Assembly: GCF_056746865.1 (NCBI RefSeq)
Contig: NZ_CM163382.1
DNA: 64,000 bases
Strand: one strand, 5' to 3'
Of the stretch, positions 30,290-42,409 are shown one piece after another. Below the pieces are notes generated by a model that searched no databases, was not told where the DNA came from, and saw nothing but the letters and a program-made list of their open reading frames with translations. The position numbers and the translations under genes are program-made. Numbering within the stretch: the first letter of the stretch is position 1; the number at the start of each line of letters is the position of its first letter.

Positions 30290-31563
30290 AAAAAAGTGTC
30301 GATTTTATTGGTGTAGGGACAGGGCCATTTAATCTCAGCATTGCTGCGTTGTCACATCAGATCGAAGAACTGGACTGTCTCTTCTTTGATGAACATCCTC
30401 ATTTTTCCTGGCATCCGGGTATGCTGGTACCGGATTGTCATATGCAGACCGTCTTTCTGAAAGATCTGGTCAGTGCTGTTGCACCTACAAATCCCTACAG
30501 CTTTGTTAACTATCTGGTGAAGCACAAAAAGTTCTATCGCTTCCTTACAAGCAGACTACGTACAGTATCCCGTGAAGAGTTTTCTGACTACCTCCGCTGG
30601 GCTGCTGAAGATATGAATAACCTGTATTTCAGTCATACCGTTGAAAACATTGATTTCGATAAAAAACGTCGATTGTTTCTGGTGCAAACCAGCCGGGGAG
30701 AATATTTTGCCCACAATATCTGCCTTGGTACAGGAAAACAACCTTATTTACCACCCTGTGTGAAGCATATGACACAATCCTGTTTCCATGCCAGTGAAAT
30801 GAATCTTCGTCGGCCGGACCTTAGTGAAAAACGGGTAACCGTGGTTGGTGGAGGACAGAGTGGTGCAGACCTGTTCCTTAATGCATTACGCGGGGAATGG
30901 GGAGAAGCGGCGGAAATAAACTGGATCTCCCGGCGGAATAATTTTAACGCACTGGATGAGGCTGCTTTTGCTGATGAGTATTTTACACCTGAATATATTT
31001 CAGGCTTCTCCGGACTGGAGGAAGATATTCGCCATCAGTTACTGGATGAGCAGAAAATGACATCGGATGGCATCACTGCCGATTCTTTACTGACCATTTA
31101 TCGTGAGTTGTACCACCGTTTTGAAGTTCTGAGAAAACCAAGAAATATCCGTCTGCTACCCAGCCGCTCGGTAACAACTCTGGAAAGTAGTGGTCCTGGC
31201 TGGAAGTTGCTGATGGAGCATCATCTGGATCAGGGCAGGGAGAGCCTGGAAAGTGATGTGGTGATTTTCGCCACAGGTTACCGTTCTGCGTTGCCACAAA
31301 TACTTCCCTCACTGATGCCGCTGATCACCATGCACGATAAGAACACCTTTAAAGTGCGTGATGACTTCACTCTGGAATGGAGTGGCCCGAAAGAGAACAA
31401 CATCTTCGTGGTCAACGCCAGTATGCAAACCCATGGCATCGCCGAACCTCAGCTCAGCCTGATGGCATGGAGATCTGCACGTATTCTTAATCGTGTAATG
31501 GGACGTGATTTATTCGATCTCAGTATGCCGCCCGCCCTGATTCAGTGGCGCAGCGGCACCTAG
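30286..31563 (+). CDS. iucD: L-lysine N6-monooxygenase IucD
   Basis: 425-aa ORF with N-terminal FAD-binding motif GVGTGPFN. Confidence 0.9.
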   Translation: MKKSVDFIGVGTGPFNLSIAALSHQIEELDCLFFDEHPHFSWHPGMLVPDCHMQTVFLKDLVSAVAPTNPYSFVNYLVKHKKFYRFLTSRLRTVSREEFSDYLRWAAEDMNNLYFSHTVENIDFDKKRRLFLVQTSRGEYFAHNICLGTGKQPYLPPCVKHMTQSCFHASEMNLRRPDLSEKRVTVVGGGQSGADLFLNALRGEWGEAAEINWISRRNNFNALDEAAFADEYFTPEYISGFSGLEEDIRHQLLDEQKMTSDGITADSLLTIYRELYHRFEVLRKPRNIRLLPSRSVTTLESSGPGWKLLMEHHLDQGRESLESDVVIFATGYRSALPQILPSLMPLITMHDKNTFKVRDDFTLEWSGPKENNIFVVNASMQTHGIAEPQLSLMAWRSARILNRVMGRDLFDLSMPPALIQWRSGT

Positions 31564-31644
31564 GGAAAACGCAGCCGGAGGCTGCTTCTTTAACTCGCTA
31601 CACAGCATCTTTGGGCTGATTTTTTCCGCCCGTGTGGAGGAATA

Positions 31645-33846
31645 ATGATGATAAGCAAAAAGTATACGCTTTGGGCTCTCAACCCACTGCTTCTTACCAT
31701 GATGGCGCCAGCAGTCGCTCAACAAACCGATGATGAAACGTTCGTGGTGTCTGCCAACCGCAGCAATCGCACCGTAGCGGAGATGGCACAAACCACCTGG
31801 GTTATCGAAAACGCCGAACTGGAACAGCAGATTCAGGGCGGCAAAGAGCTTAAGGACGCACTGGCTCAGCTGATCCCTGGCCTTGACGTCAGCAGCCGGA
31901 GCCGCACCAACTACGGTATGAATGTGCGTGGCCGCCCGCTGGTCGTGCTGGTTGACGGCGTGCGTCTCAACTCTTCACGTACCGACAGCCGACAACTGGA
32001 CTCTATAGATCCTTTTAATATCGACCATATTGAAGTGATCTCCGGTGCGACGTCCCTGTATGGCGGCGGCAGTACCGGTGGCCTGATCAACATCGTGAGC
32101 AAAAAAGGCCAGCCGGAAACCATGAAGGAGTTTGAGGCTGGCACCAAAAGTGGCTTTAGCAGCAGTAAAGATCACGATGAACGCATTGCCGGAGCTGTCT
32201 CCGGCGGAAATGAGCATATCTCCGGACGTCTTTCCGTGGCATATCAGAAATTTGGCGGCTGGTTTGACGGTAACGGCGATGCCACCCTGCTTGATAACAC
32301 CCAGACCGGCCTGCAGTACTCCGATCGGCTGGACATCATGGGAACTGGAACGTTGAACATCGATGAATCCCGGCAGCTTCAGTTGATCACACAGTACTAT
32401 AAAAGCCAGGGCGACGACGATTACGGGCTTAATCTCGGGAAAGGCTTCTCTGCCATCAGAGGGACCAGCACGCCCTTCGTCAGTAACGGGCTGAATTCCG
32501 ACCGTATTCCCGGCACTGAGCGGCATTTGATCAGCCTGCAGTACTCTGACAGCGCTTTCCTGGGACAGGAGCTGGTCGGTCAGGTTTACTACCGCGATGA
32601 GTCGTTGCGATTCTACCCGTTCCCGACGGTAAATGCGAACAAACAGGTGACGGCTTTCTCTTCGTCACAGCAGGACACCGACCAGTACGGCATGAAACTG
32701 ACTCTGAACAGCAAACCGATGGACGGCTGGCAAATCACCTGGGGGCTGGATGCTGATCATGAGCGCTTTACCTCCAACCAGATGTTCTTCGACCTGGCTC
32801 AGGCAAGCGCTTCCGGAGGGCTGAACAACAAGAAGATTTACACCACCGGGCGCTATCCGTCGTATGACATCACCAACCTGGCGGTCTTCCTGCAATCAGG
32901 CTATGACATCAATAATCTCTTTACCCTCAACGGTGGCGTACGCTATCAGTACACTGAAAACAAGATTGATGATTTCATCGGCTACGCGCAGCAACGGCAG
33001 ATTGCCGCCGGGAAGGCTATATCCGCCGACGCCATTCCTGGCGGCTCAGTCGATTACGACAACTTCCTGTTCAACGCTGGTCTGCTGATGCATATCACCG
33101 AACGCCAGCAGGCATGGCTCAACTTCTCCCAGGGCGTGGAGCTGCCGGACCCGGGTAAATACTATGGTCGCGGCATCTATGGTGCTGCAGTGAACGGCCA
33201 TCTTCCTCTAACAAAGAGTGTGAACGTCAGCGACAGCAAGCTGGAAGGCGTGAAAGTCGATTCTTATGAGCTGGGCTGGCGCTTTACTGGCAATAATCTG
33301 CGCACCCAAATCGCGGCCTACTATTCGATTTCTGATAAGAGCGTGGTGGCGAATAAAGATCTGACCATCAGTGTGGTGGACGACAAACGCCGTATTTACG
33401 GCGTGGAAGGTGCGGTGGACTACCTGATTCCTGATACTGACTGGAGTACCGGAGTGAACTTCAACGTGCTGAAAACTGAGTCGAAAGTGAACGGTACCTG
33501 GCAGAAATACGATGTGAAGACAGCAAGCCCATCAAAAGCGACAGCCTACATTGGCTGGGCACCGGACCCGTGGAGTCTGCGAGTGCAGAGCACCACCTCC
33601 TTTGACGTGAGCGACGCGCAGGGCTACAAGGTCGATGGCTATACCATCGTCGATTTGCTTGGCAGTTATCAGCTTCCGGTGGGTACACTCAGCTTCAGCA
33701 TTGAAAACCTCTTCGACCGTGACTACACCACTGTCTGGGGGCAGCGTGCGCCACTGTACTACAGCCCGGGTTACGGCCCTGCTTCACTGTACGGCTACAA
33801 AGGCAGGGGCCGCACCTTTGGTCTGAGTTACTCAGTATTATTCTGA
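31645..33846 (+). CDS. iutA: Ferric aerobactin TonB-dependent outer-membrane receptor IutA
   Basis: 733-aa ORF, signal peptide, TonB-dependent receptor features, C-terminal aromatic residue; operon context. Confidence 0.9.
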   Translation: MMISKKYTLWALNPLLLTMMAPAVAQQTDDETFVVSANRSNRTVAEMAQTTWVIENAELEQQIQGGKELKDALAQLIPGLDVSSRSRTNYGMNVRGRPLVVLVDGVRLNSSRTDSRQLDSIDPFNIDHIEVISGATSLYGGGSTGGLINIVSKKGQPETMKEFEAGTKSGFSSSKDHDERIAGAVSGGNEHISGRLSVAYQKFGGWFDGNGDATLLDNTQTGLQYSDRLDIMGTGTLNIDESRQLQLITQYYKSQGDDDYGLNLGKGFSAIRGTSTPFVSNGLNSDRIPGTERHLISLQYSDSAFLGQELVGQVYYRDESLRFYPFPTVNANKQVTAFSSSQQDTDQYGMKLTLNSKPMDGWQITWGLDADHERFTSNQMFFDLAQASASGGLNNKKIYTTGRYPSYDITNLAVFLQSGYDINNLFTLNGGVRYQYTENKIDDFIGYAQQRQIAAGKAISADAIPGGSVDYDNFLFNAGLLMHITERQQAWLNFSQGVELPDPGKYYGRGIYGAAVNGHLPLTKSVNVSDSKLEGVKVDSYELGWRFTGNNLRTQIAAYYSISDKSVVANKDLTISVVDDKRRIYGVEGAVDYLIPDTDWSTGVNFNVLKTESKVNGTWQKYDVKTASPSKATAYIGWAPDPWSLRVQSTTSFDVSDAQGYKVDGYTIVDLLGSYQLPVGTLSFSIENLFDRDYTTVWGQRAPLYYSPGYGPASLYGYKGRGRTFGLSYSVLF

Positions 33847-33910
33847 CAGGAATTCTTTGGAAACAAAGGTATGTTGATATAAGGGCCTTCCCTGATCATG
33901 GTGGGAAGGC

Positions 33911-35145
33911 TCAAAACGCCATATTCAGTTTCCCGTAGTGGAACATCACGCCCAGCTTAAAGCGTTCCCGATTGCGGTATCCCCTGGCTTTTATCCTCAG
34001 CAGCCTGAGCTTACTGTTAAGCGCCTCCGCGTTTCCGTTTGAGACACGGTGTCGCATGGCATTCAGGATCCCATACAGCCTTTTTCCTATCGTTTTCGTG
34101 GCGTTTTTCATCATAGTAATGTCACTGTTGGCCGCCAGAGCCAGCAATCTCTCCCACTCATTACGTCTTTCCTCACTTCATGGCCTGTTCCAGATATTCT
34201 TTGCCAGCTCTTTCAGCGCCCAGCACAGGCTTGTCAGCTTCATCTGTGCACGCAGCCATATCAGCTTTTCCTGCCTGGATTCGGTCATCCATTTATCGTT
34301 GTACTGCCACAGGAAGCGGGTCCCCTTTGCCTGACGCCGACTTTCAACAGGGAGGTGTGGATGTTCATCCTGACGGATTTTATCAACTACTTCACCAAGT
34401 TGCTTTGCTACATGGAAGCGGTCGAAGGCGATTTTCTCAACCGCACAGGGTAAGTGGATACGCGCTGCTCTTATACAGCCTGCATTCATGTCCATTGAGA
34501 GCGTTTTGATAGCCAGCAACTGCCCGTCAGTAAGCGTGCGAAGATAGCCGGCGAGGCTCTCTGTGCCACGATCGTCCGTTAAGGCCAGTGCACGACCATC
34601 GCGATCGGAGATCACAGTTATATAACAATGTCCTTTTTTAAAGGCGACCTCATCCACATTCATATGACGGGCGGATAATGGCTTTTTTATCCGGGCAAGA
34701 CCTCGCTTAACTGCCCGGGTCATAATGCCGTCAACCGCATTCCAGCTGAGCTTAAGTTGTTTCCTTACAGCATCAACAGTGCTGATTTTCAGCCATGAGA
34801 GAACGAGTCGAACAGCAGCGTATACCGCCTTCCGGGGCCAGCCCAGGGAACTAGCAACGTCTGGCAGCCATGCTCCGGGCACATAATGCGGGGCACATCG
34901 GCTTCGACAATAGTGGTGAACTGGCAGATATCAAGATGACGCCATTTACGATGACGGTGATCGTGAACAGAACAGGATTTACCGCAGGTCGGACAGGCTA
35001 ACCGGGCATTTTTAGCGATTCCAACTGTGACGGTAACAGAACCGGCGTTTTCATCGAGAGAAAGATATTTAACCTGCCATGGAGCGGTCAGGTTGATAAT
35101 ATGAGCGTAGAGGGACCTTTCGTCCATGGCGGTGACCTTTGGCAA
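33911..35145 (-). pseudogene. ISL3-family transposase, split into three frames by frameshifts
   Basis: N-terminal zinc-finger (CPTCGKSCSVHDHRHRKW...CPEHGC), core DRFHVAKQLGE, C-terminal GYRNRERFKLGVMFHYG; ORFs 34789-35145, 34178-34882 and 33911-34147. Confidence 0.65.
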
Positions 35146-35430
35146 TTAAAACACCATCATCATGCCTTCAGCCACCATAACAAGGGAAAACCCTGATATA
35201 CGGCCTTAAAAAGATATTCCGTCTCCGGAACGGACTGCTCACCACTGAATAACATTATGCCTGTTTTATGTATCTTTGACTGAAATTTATCGCATATCCT
35301 CATTTCATTGCCCGTATGAAAAGGTAAGCGAAAACCTACTGCCGTAGTAGCCATTGAGTAGTATTGGTAACATAGGTGCCAACATTTCAACTGATCTGCG
35401 CTAAGATCTTGGGTATTCTATGAAAAATGT

Positions 35431-36100
35431 GGTAGTGCTTCCAATCAGTAGAACATGTTCTTTTCAATGACGGAACCGATGACTTTTTCGTTGATTTTCA
35501 CGGAACGCGAGAAGCAGATTGTTTTACGTGCCAGCCGCTTGATGCGGGTGCGGAGGGGCAGGTTGTTAAGTTCAATAGGTTGCGTGAATATTTTACCGGT
35601 CAGGTATTTCTCCTTCGTCACTTCTCTGACGTTGCAGCCCCTGTCATTGCTGGTCACTATGCCGATATAGAACGAAGTCAACAGGGCTAACAGTTCCCGA
35701 CAGGTCTCATCATTCCGTGGCCCGAAAGAATAAGCCAACACACCGCAGTTTTAGTGTTGTAAGCAGACCAGTGTTGTTGCGCCTTGCTGCCAACGAAATT
35801 TAACTGCTCATCAAGTTTCAAAGATAAGGGCAACATCAGCGTGAACGACTGGCGTAGATGTTATCCGCCGGGGCGAAAACATTTTTAATGTCCGTATGAC
35901 GGTATTGATGCCGATTTTCAGTGTTCATGGGTATCACGGACACCTGCGCCGTTATGTGCCATTTCAACGATCTGCTCCTTAACGCCGGGTTTCCTGACTT
36001 CACCAAGAGTAAGTGAGCTGGAAAACATGTTTTACATGAGCGACAACGGAAACGCTCATCTCGGGAACGTGTTCTTAACGGTTAGACTGGCCCCCCTGAA
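35431..36100 (-). mobile_element. Second IS1-family copy (degraded; one terminus unclear)
   Basis: End sequence ggtagtgcttccaatcagtagaacat parallels the IS1 copy at 15189; InsB-like ORF 35445-35741 and degraded InsA-like reading near 35900-36060. Confidence 0.55.
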
Positions 36101-36435
36101 TCACCTGCAGTTGAAGGACAGTAACAGGTTAAGTGATAACAGATGTCTGGAAATATAGAGGTAAATCCAAGGAAGTGCCACTTTTCATCCGTTGTTGACA
36201 ATACAGCAAAACTTGATGCTATTCGTACGCCCACAATGGAATGTGGATTCAAACTGAATATTCCGTTTGTTGATATGAGTGATTTGGGCAACGGTGGCAA
36301 CAAATAACTTTATACAGGAGCTGACGGTGTTTTCCTGATCATGCCGCCCATATTTTCTTCGGAGGTCGGGGACTTTCAATACCTTCCCCCGACACTCTAT
36401 GACTTCACAAGATTGTCTCCATGACTGCTATGTGC

Positions 36436-37314
36436 CTACAGATGTTGCTCTCTGGTTGTTGTACTAGTCGGGAGATCCTGTGGATCGACATTTTCCTTCG
36501 CGTGAGCATTGATGCTGGAAGCGGTAAACGTCAGGATGAATACAACCGTGAATAAGATAACAATCGTTGGTGCTGGTGCGCTGTCTATAAAAAAGGAGAG
36601 CCATACACCAGTCATTGAGACCATTACCGATATACCGAGCGCCAGCAGGAGCGCAATATGAAAGCGTTGCGTCAGGAGTACCGCAATGGCGCCAGGCGCA
36701 ATGAGCAGAGAAATGGAGAGAATGATACCTACCGCTTTCAGCGTCGCCACAATGGTCAGAGAGACCATGCACAGCAGCCCATAATGCAGCCATCTCGTAT
36801 GCAAACCGCTTACCTGCGCCTGTTGATAATCAAAGCTGAACAGCAAAAAATCCCGCCATTTTACGCTAATAACAAGTGTAACCAGCCCGGCAATAATCAC
36901 CGTCTGGATTATATCGCCGATGGTTACCCCGAGCATGTCGCCGAAAAGAATATGGTCAAGATGTACGTCGGGTTTGACTGCAATATACAAGATCAGACCT
37001 GCGGCAAACATGCCAGAAAAAACAATCCCCATCACTGTATCTTGCTTGATTCGGCTGTTGTCTTTCAGGTATCCCGTCGCCACCGCGCAGAATACTCCGG
37101 CGACGAATGCTCCTCCCGCCAGAGGAAAACCCAGTATCCACGCAAGCACGATACCAGGAAAAACCGCATGACTCATCGCGTCTCCCATCAGTGCCCAACC
37201 TTTCAGGACCAGAAAGACCGACAGCAGCGCACAGGGTATGGAAACTACCAGTGAAATCAGCAGTGCGTGACTCATAAAGGTGAACTGCAGTGGCTCCAGT
37301 AATAATGCCATCAT
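36436..37314 (-). CDS. sitD: Mn/Fe ABC transporter permease SitD
   Basis: Multi-TM permease, last gene of sitABCD. Confidence 0.85.
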   Translation of the reverse strand: MMALLLEPLQFTFMSHALLISLVVSIPCALLSVFLVLKGWALMGDAMSHAVFPGIVLAWILGFPLAGGAFVAGVFCAVATGYLKDNSRIKQDTVMGIVFSGMFAAGLILYIAVKPDVHLDHILFGDMLGVTIGDIIQTVIIAGLVTLVISVKWRDFLLFSFDYQQAQVSGLHTRWLHYGLLCMVSLTIVATLKAVGIILSISLLIAPGAIAVLLTQRFHIALLLALGISVMVSMTGVWLSFFIDSAPAPTIVILFTVVFILTFTASSINAHAKENVDPQDLPTSTTTREQHL

Positions 37315-38168
37315 GAGCGATCCTCCAGCACCTTATGCGCACGCTGACGATTTGCCAAAAGCCCATGGGTGGGTGCAAAGACAAATGCTAAAAGAAACAG
37401 CAGTGTCTGCGCCACCACGATGATTCCACCTGTCGCTCCGTCCAGAAAGTAACTGACCCACGCGCCGAGGAAACTGGTTACACTGCCAATAGTTACAGCA
37501 ATCACGAGCAGGCGGGGAAAACGATCGGTTAACAACCATGCTGTTGCGCCAGGGGTCACTACCAGACAGATCACCAGAAAAGCCCCAACCGTTTGCAATG
37601 CTGCAACGGTCGATACCGCCAGCAGTGTGAAGAAGAGGATTTTTAATCTTCCTGGATATAATCCAATAGCACGGGCGTGATTTTCGTCGAAAAAGGTCAC
37701 CATAAGATCTTTCCATTTGAAAAAGAGCACTATGACTGAGACAATGCCAATGATAGTGAGTTGCAGGATATCCGCCGGAGCGATTGCCAGAATATTGCCC
37801 AGGACGATGGTCTGAATATTTACGGATGTCGGGTTTAATGACACCATAAACAGCCCCAGGCCAAAAAAGGACGAGAAGATCAGGCCGATGATGGCATCTT
37901 CTTTTAAGCGAGTGCGTTGGTTAAGAAACAGCATGCTGCCCGCAGCCAGTCCACCGGAAAAGAAGGCCCCCAGAGAAAACGGAAGCCCCAGCATATATGC
38001 CCCCGCAACACCCGGGACGATAGAGTGCGACAGCGCATCGCCAATCAGCGACCAGCCTTTTAGCATCAGATAGCATGACAGGAAAGCGCAGAGACCGCCG
38101 ACCATCGCCGCGACCCACATCGCATTGAGCATATATTCATAGCTGAAGGGTTCCAGTAGCACGTTCAT
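37311..38168 (-). CDS. sitC: Mn/Fe ABC transporter permease SitC
   Basis: 285-aa multi-TM permease; overlapping stops/starts. Confidence 0.85.
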   Translation of the reverse strand: MNVLLEPFSYEYMLNAMWVAAMVGGLCAFLSCYLMLKGWSLIGDALSHSIVPGVAGAYMLGLPFSLGAFFSGGLAAGSMLFLNQRTRLKEDAIIGLIFSSFFGLGLFMVSLNPTSVNIQTIVLGNILAIAPADILQLTIIGIVSVIVLFFKWKDLMVTFFDENHARAIGLYPGRLKILFFTLLAVSTVAALQTVGAFLVICLVVTPGATAWLLTDRFPRLLVIAVTIGSVTSFLGAWVSYFLDGATGGIIVVAQTLLFLLAFVFAPTHGLLANRQRAHKVLEDRS

Positions 38169-38992
38169 CTTTCTTCCCTCTGCACCGCTGATGGTCGATA
38201 AGCCACAAAGGGGCGTTCATCGTCAGTAATAATGCTTTCTTCCGAGCCTTTAAGTGTGACATGGCGTAGTACGCCGCTAAAAGCCAGCTCCAGGTTCTCG
38301 GCTGTAAAAGTGGTGTCTGTCGGCCCGCTTGCCAGGACGGTGCCTTTGACCATGACCGTATAATCGCAAAATGTCGTGACGGATCCGAGATTGTGCGTTG
38401 AGACAAGCATCGTTTTGCCTTCCGCGCGTAACTCCCTCAACAGGCTGATGATTTTGGCTTCGGTTTTCACATCAACGCCGGTAAAAGGTTCATCCAGCAG
38501 GATCACATCACCCTGCTGTGCAATCGCTCTCGCCAGAAAGACGCGTTTCTTTTGTCCACCGGAAAGCTCGCCGATTTGTCGATGGCGAAAATCTACCATA
38601 TCGACACGTTCCAGCGCATCGGTGACAACCTGACGATCCCTCTTATTGGCTATACGCAACATACCCATATGCCCATAGCGGCCCATCATCACCACATCTT
38701 CCACCAGTACAGGAAAGGACCAGTCCACTTCTTCTGACTGCGGGACGTAGGCAATCAGGTTTTTCTGCAGAGCCTGCCGCGTGGGAATACCCAGAACAGA
38801 TATCTTTCCGGTAGTCAGACGCACGAATCCCATAATCGCTTTAAATAACGTCGATTTTCCGGAACCGTTTACCCCAACCAGAGCGGCAATAGATCCGCCT
38901 GGTACTGTGAAGGATGCATCGCGCAGTGCTGTGTGCCCGTTACGCCAGGTGACAGTAACGCCATTAACGACAATACCCGCAGATTGCATCAT
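38165..38992 (-). CDS. sitB: Mn/Fe ABC transporter ATP-binding protein SitB
   Basis: Walker [10 protein letters not shown] and ABC signature LSGGQKKRV. Confidence 0.9.
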   Translation of the reverse strand: MMQSAGIVVNGVTVTWRNGHTALRDASFTVPGGSIAALVGVNGSGKSTLFKAIMGFVRLTTGKISVLGIPTRQALQKNLIAYVPQSEEVDWSFPVLVEDVVMMGRYGHMGMLRIANKRDRQVVTDALERVDMVDFRHRQIGELSGGQKKRVFLARAIAQQGDVILLDEPFTGVDVKTEAKIISLLRELRAEGKTMLVSTHNLGSVTTFCDYTVMVKGTVLASGPTDTTFTAENLELAFSGVLRHVTLKGSEESIITDDERPFVAYRPSAVQREER

Positions 38993-39906
38993 TACTTCTC
39001 CCTTTTCCCGGCTTTAATTCCCTGCACCAGCGTACTGGTAGTAACCTTCAGAAGGTCGATATACGTAGGTACCGGGCCGTTTTCTGTGCTCAGGGAATCG
39101 ACATAGAGCACACCGCCGTAGTGTGCGCCGGTTTCACGCGCAACCTGACGCGCTGGTTTATCGGAAACCGTACTCTCACTAAATACCGCTGGGATATTAT
39201 TTTTCTTCACTATATCAACCACTTTACGTACCTGCTGGGGTGTTCCTTGTTGATCGGCATTTATCGGCCACAGATAAAGCTCTTTTAGCCCCAAATCGCG
39301 TGCGAGATAAGAAAAAGCCCCTTCACTGGTGACCATCCATCTTTTATTCTCAGGGAGTTCAGCAATCTGCTTACGCAGGGGGGCAAGGGTTTGGGTAATC
39401 TTGGCTTTATAAGTATCGGCATTACGTTGGTATGTTTTTGCATTTGCCGGATCGTATTTTATCAACGCATCACGAATATTATCGACGTAAATCAAAGCAT
39501 TATCTGGTGACATCCAGGCATGAGGGTTAGGTTTTCCCTCGTAGGGGCCTTCGGTGATCCCTACTGGCGTCACACCCGAAGAGACAATCACTTCTGGAAC
39601 ACCATTGAGATGCTGGTAAAAGCGCTGGAACCACAATTCCAGATTCATTCCATTGGCGAGAATCAGTTGTGCCCCCTGCGCACGTTTAATATCGCCAGGG
39701 GTAGGCTGATACTCATGAATTTCCGCACCGGGCTTGGTTATGGATGAGACTTCTGCAACATCTCCAGCCACGTTTTTGGCCATATCTGCGATGATGGTAA
39801 ATGTTGTAATGACCTTGAATTTTTCAGTTGCACTCGCCTGAAATGCGATCGAGCAGGTGAGGGCGAGGAACCCCAAGAGCATGGTTAATTTTTTTATTGA
39901 GTGCAT
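38992..39906 (-). CDS. sitA: Mn/Fe ABC transporter periplasmic binding protein SitA
   Basis: 304-aa ORF with signal peptide; first gene of the operon. Confidence 0.9.
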   Translation of the reverse strand: MHSIKKLTMLLGFLALTCSIAFQASATEKFKVITTFTIIADMAKNVAGDVAEVSSITKPGAEIHEYQPTPGDIKRAQGAQLILANGMNLELWFQRFYQHLNGVPEVIVSSGVTPVGITEGPYEGKPNPHAWMSPDNALIYVDNIRDALIKYDPANAKTYQRNADTYKAKITQTLAPLRKQIAELPENKRWMVTSEGAFSYLARDLGLKELYLWPINADQQGTPQQVRKVVDIVKKNNIPAVFSESTVSDKPARQVARETGAHYGGVLYVDSLSTENGPVPTYIDLLKVTTSTLVQGIKAGKREK

Positions 39907-39938
39907 AATTCAGTACCTATAGTGAGCAAAATTAGAAC

Positions 39939-39960
39939 AAACATAGCAACGGCTATGTTT
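39939..39960 (-). promoter_or_regulatory. MntR-box-like palindrome upstream of sitA
   Basis: AAACATAGC-aacg-GCTATGTTT inverted repeat about 30 bp upstream of the sitA start. Confidence 0.6.
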
Positions 39961-39982
39961 TATAGCATAATCTATACAAATG

Positions 39983-40000
39983 CAAATGGTTATCATTAAT
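39983..40000 (-). promoter_or_regulatory. Fur-box-like sequence upstream of sitA
   Basis: AAATGGTTATCATTAATG has partial match to the Fur consensus; weaker than the iucA box. Confidence 0.4.
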
Positions 40001-40239
40001 GTATTTGTTTGTAAGTGATGAGATGCTCTTCCTCTCCTTCACGACAGCCTTCAATTACGCCATGATGGATAAACTGTAACCATAAAAGGAGAAATGTACT
40101 GAACACATCCTGCCCTGTTAAGAGAGGTGCACTGTGATGGATGAAGGGTAAAATTGTCTGCTGTGGAGCCTCTCAGATTTCCGGCATCATAGTGCCCAAT
40201 ACGGGATGCAAAAGCGCCCTCAGACTGGCGACTCCACAA

Positions 40240-41287
40240 ATGAAATATACACCGGTTGGCGTTGATATCGCAAAGTATCTGATTCAGGTTCACTTCATCA
40301 ATGAGTACACGGGCGAAGTGGTGGACAAGCAGCTACGTAGCAAGGATTTTCTGACGTTCTTCAGCAACCGGGAACCCTGTCTGATAGGTATGGAGGCTTG
40401 TGGAGGCTCCCAACATTGGGCGAGGGAACTGGAAAAAACTGGGACACAAAGTTCGGCTGTTGCAAGCTCGCTTCGTTAAAGCATTCGTCATGGGCAACAA
40501 AAATGATGTGATGGATGCGCGTGCTATCTGGATGGCGGTACAGCAGCCCAGTAAAGATATCGCTGTTAAAACGGAAGAGAAGCAGTCAGTTCTGGTCCTG
40601 CACCGTTCGCGCAGACAACTGGTGAAGTTCAGAACCTCGCATATTAATACCCTTGGCACGCTCCTCGAGTTTGGTGAAATCCTCCACAAAGATTGGACAG
40701 CGATGGACAGAAAGCTACCGACAGCCCTAGAGCGAATGAAGACGAACCTGCCGCCGTATCTCATCACTGTGCTTGAATACCAGTACAACAGACTGAGTGA
40801 GCTGGGCATGCAGATAGATGGCCTTGATAAACAGATTAACAGCGTGGCACGGCAGAGCGAAAACTGTAAGCGCCTAATGGAAATCCCCGGTGTGGGGCCG
40901 TTAATCGCTACGGCGGTGGTCGCCACCATGGGCGAGGCCTCAGCATTTAAATCCGGACGTGAGTTTGACGCTTATGTCTGTCTGGTGCCGAAGCAGACGG
41001 GGTCCGCTGGGAAGGTTCGCATGCTGGGGATAAGCAAACGTGGGGATACCTACCACCGGACATTATTTATCCATGGGGCAAGGGCGGCAGCATTGCTTAC
41101 CAAAGAACCCGGCCCATGGATCACGGAGCTGAAAAAACGGCAGCCGACAGGTGTAATGCCGATCAGTTTAGGAGCAGTTGACCGATCCAGGGTCTGTTTA
41201 AGAATCCTGAAACGCTCACTCGTTTCCGGATTTTTGTGCACAGAAAAACCCCAGCTAGGCTGGGGGCCGGAAAGCTTTCAGCTTTGA
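40240..41287 (+). pseudogene. IS110-family transposase, frameshifted
   Basis: N-terminal MKYTPVGVDIAKY... in ORF 40141-40479 continues in ORF 40400-41287 after a frame change; the C-terminal part is IS110-like. Confidence 0.6.
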
Positions 41288-41376
41288 GCCAGTTATTAAA
41301 ACCCCTTTTGATTTGTTAAAACACCTTGCGGTCTGGCAACTGCAAGTGTCAAACAAGAAATCAAAAGGGGGTCCCA

Positions 41377-41616
41377 ATGGGGAACGAAAAGAGCTTAGCG
41401 CATACCCGATGGAACTGTAAATATCACATAGTTTTTGCGCCAAAATACCGAAGAAAAGTGTTCTACAGAGAGAAGCGTAAAGCAACAGGCAGTATTTTGA
41501 GAAAGCTGTGTGAGTGGAAAAGTGTACGGATTCTTGAAGCTGAGTGCTGTGCAGATCATATCCATATGCTTGTGGAGATCCCGCCCAAAATGAGCGTATC
41601 CGGCTTTATGGGATAG
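41377..41616 (+). pseudogene. tnpA: IS200 TnpA (Y1 HUH transposase) 5' fragment, truncated
   Basis: MGNEKSLAHTRWNCKYHIVFAPKYRR.VFYREKR...ILEAECCADHIHMLVEIPPKMSVS, then abrupt junction with IS256-like sequence. Confidence 0.75.
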
Positions 41617-42347
41617 ACGGCATTAATCGCTTCCGGGAAGCCTTTCAGGCCGTCCACGAAGGCGATAAGGATATCGTTCAGGCCGCGATTTTTCAGTTCC
41701 GTCAGTACATTCAGCCAGAACTTTGCACCTTCATTTTCGGCCAGCCACATATCCAGCAGCTCTTTCTGACCGTCGGTATTGATGCCCAGCGCGAGGAACA
41801 CCGCTTTGTTAATGACACTCCCGCTGTGACGAACCTTAACCACAATACAGTCAAGATAAACAATGGGATACAGTGCATCCAACGGTCGGTTTTGCCATTC
41901 AGAGACCTGTTCTTTAACCGCATCGGTCACTTTGGATATCAGCGTGGGCGAGACATCGGCGTCGTACATTTCTTTGAAGGCTGAGGTAATTTCGCGGGTA
42001 GTCATCCCTCTGGCATACAGCGCCAGGATCTGGTTGTCCATGCCGGTAATGCGGGTCTGATTTTTCTTCACCAGTTGTGGTTCGAAGGAACCATCACGAT
42101 CAGGTGGAGTACGTAATTCCATCGGCCCGTCGGTAGTGGTGACGGTTTTCGTGGAATAGCCATTACGGAAGTTGGTTCCCGATTTGGTCTGATTTTTTTC
42201 ATGTCCCAGATGGTGAGTCAGTTCAGCGTTGAGAGCTGCCTCAACACTTATTTTCTTGAGCAGGCGATCGAACTGACTGAGATCTTCAGGGGTTTTGAGA
42301 TTTTTGGCCAGTTCGTTAGCCAGAGCCTGCAATTGTGTGTCGTCCAT
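41617..42347 (-). pseudogene. Truncated IS256-family transposase copy with a divergent N-terminal 100 aa
   Basis: Identical to the 21047-22261 copy from QLVKKNQTRITGMDNQ onward but divergent before it; 3' end cut at the IS200 junction. Confidence 0.6.
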
Positions 42348-42409
42348 AATTTAGCTTTCATTTGATGTTGAATTGAACAGATCAAAATCAGGCAATTACA
42401 TAAATCTAT

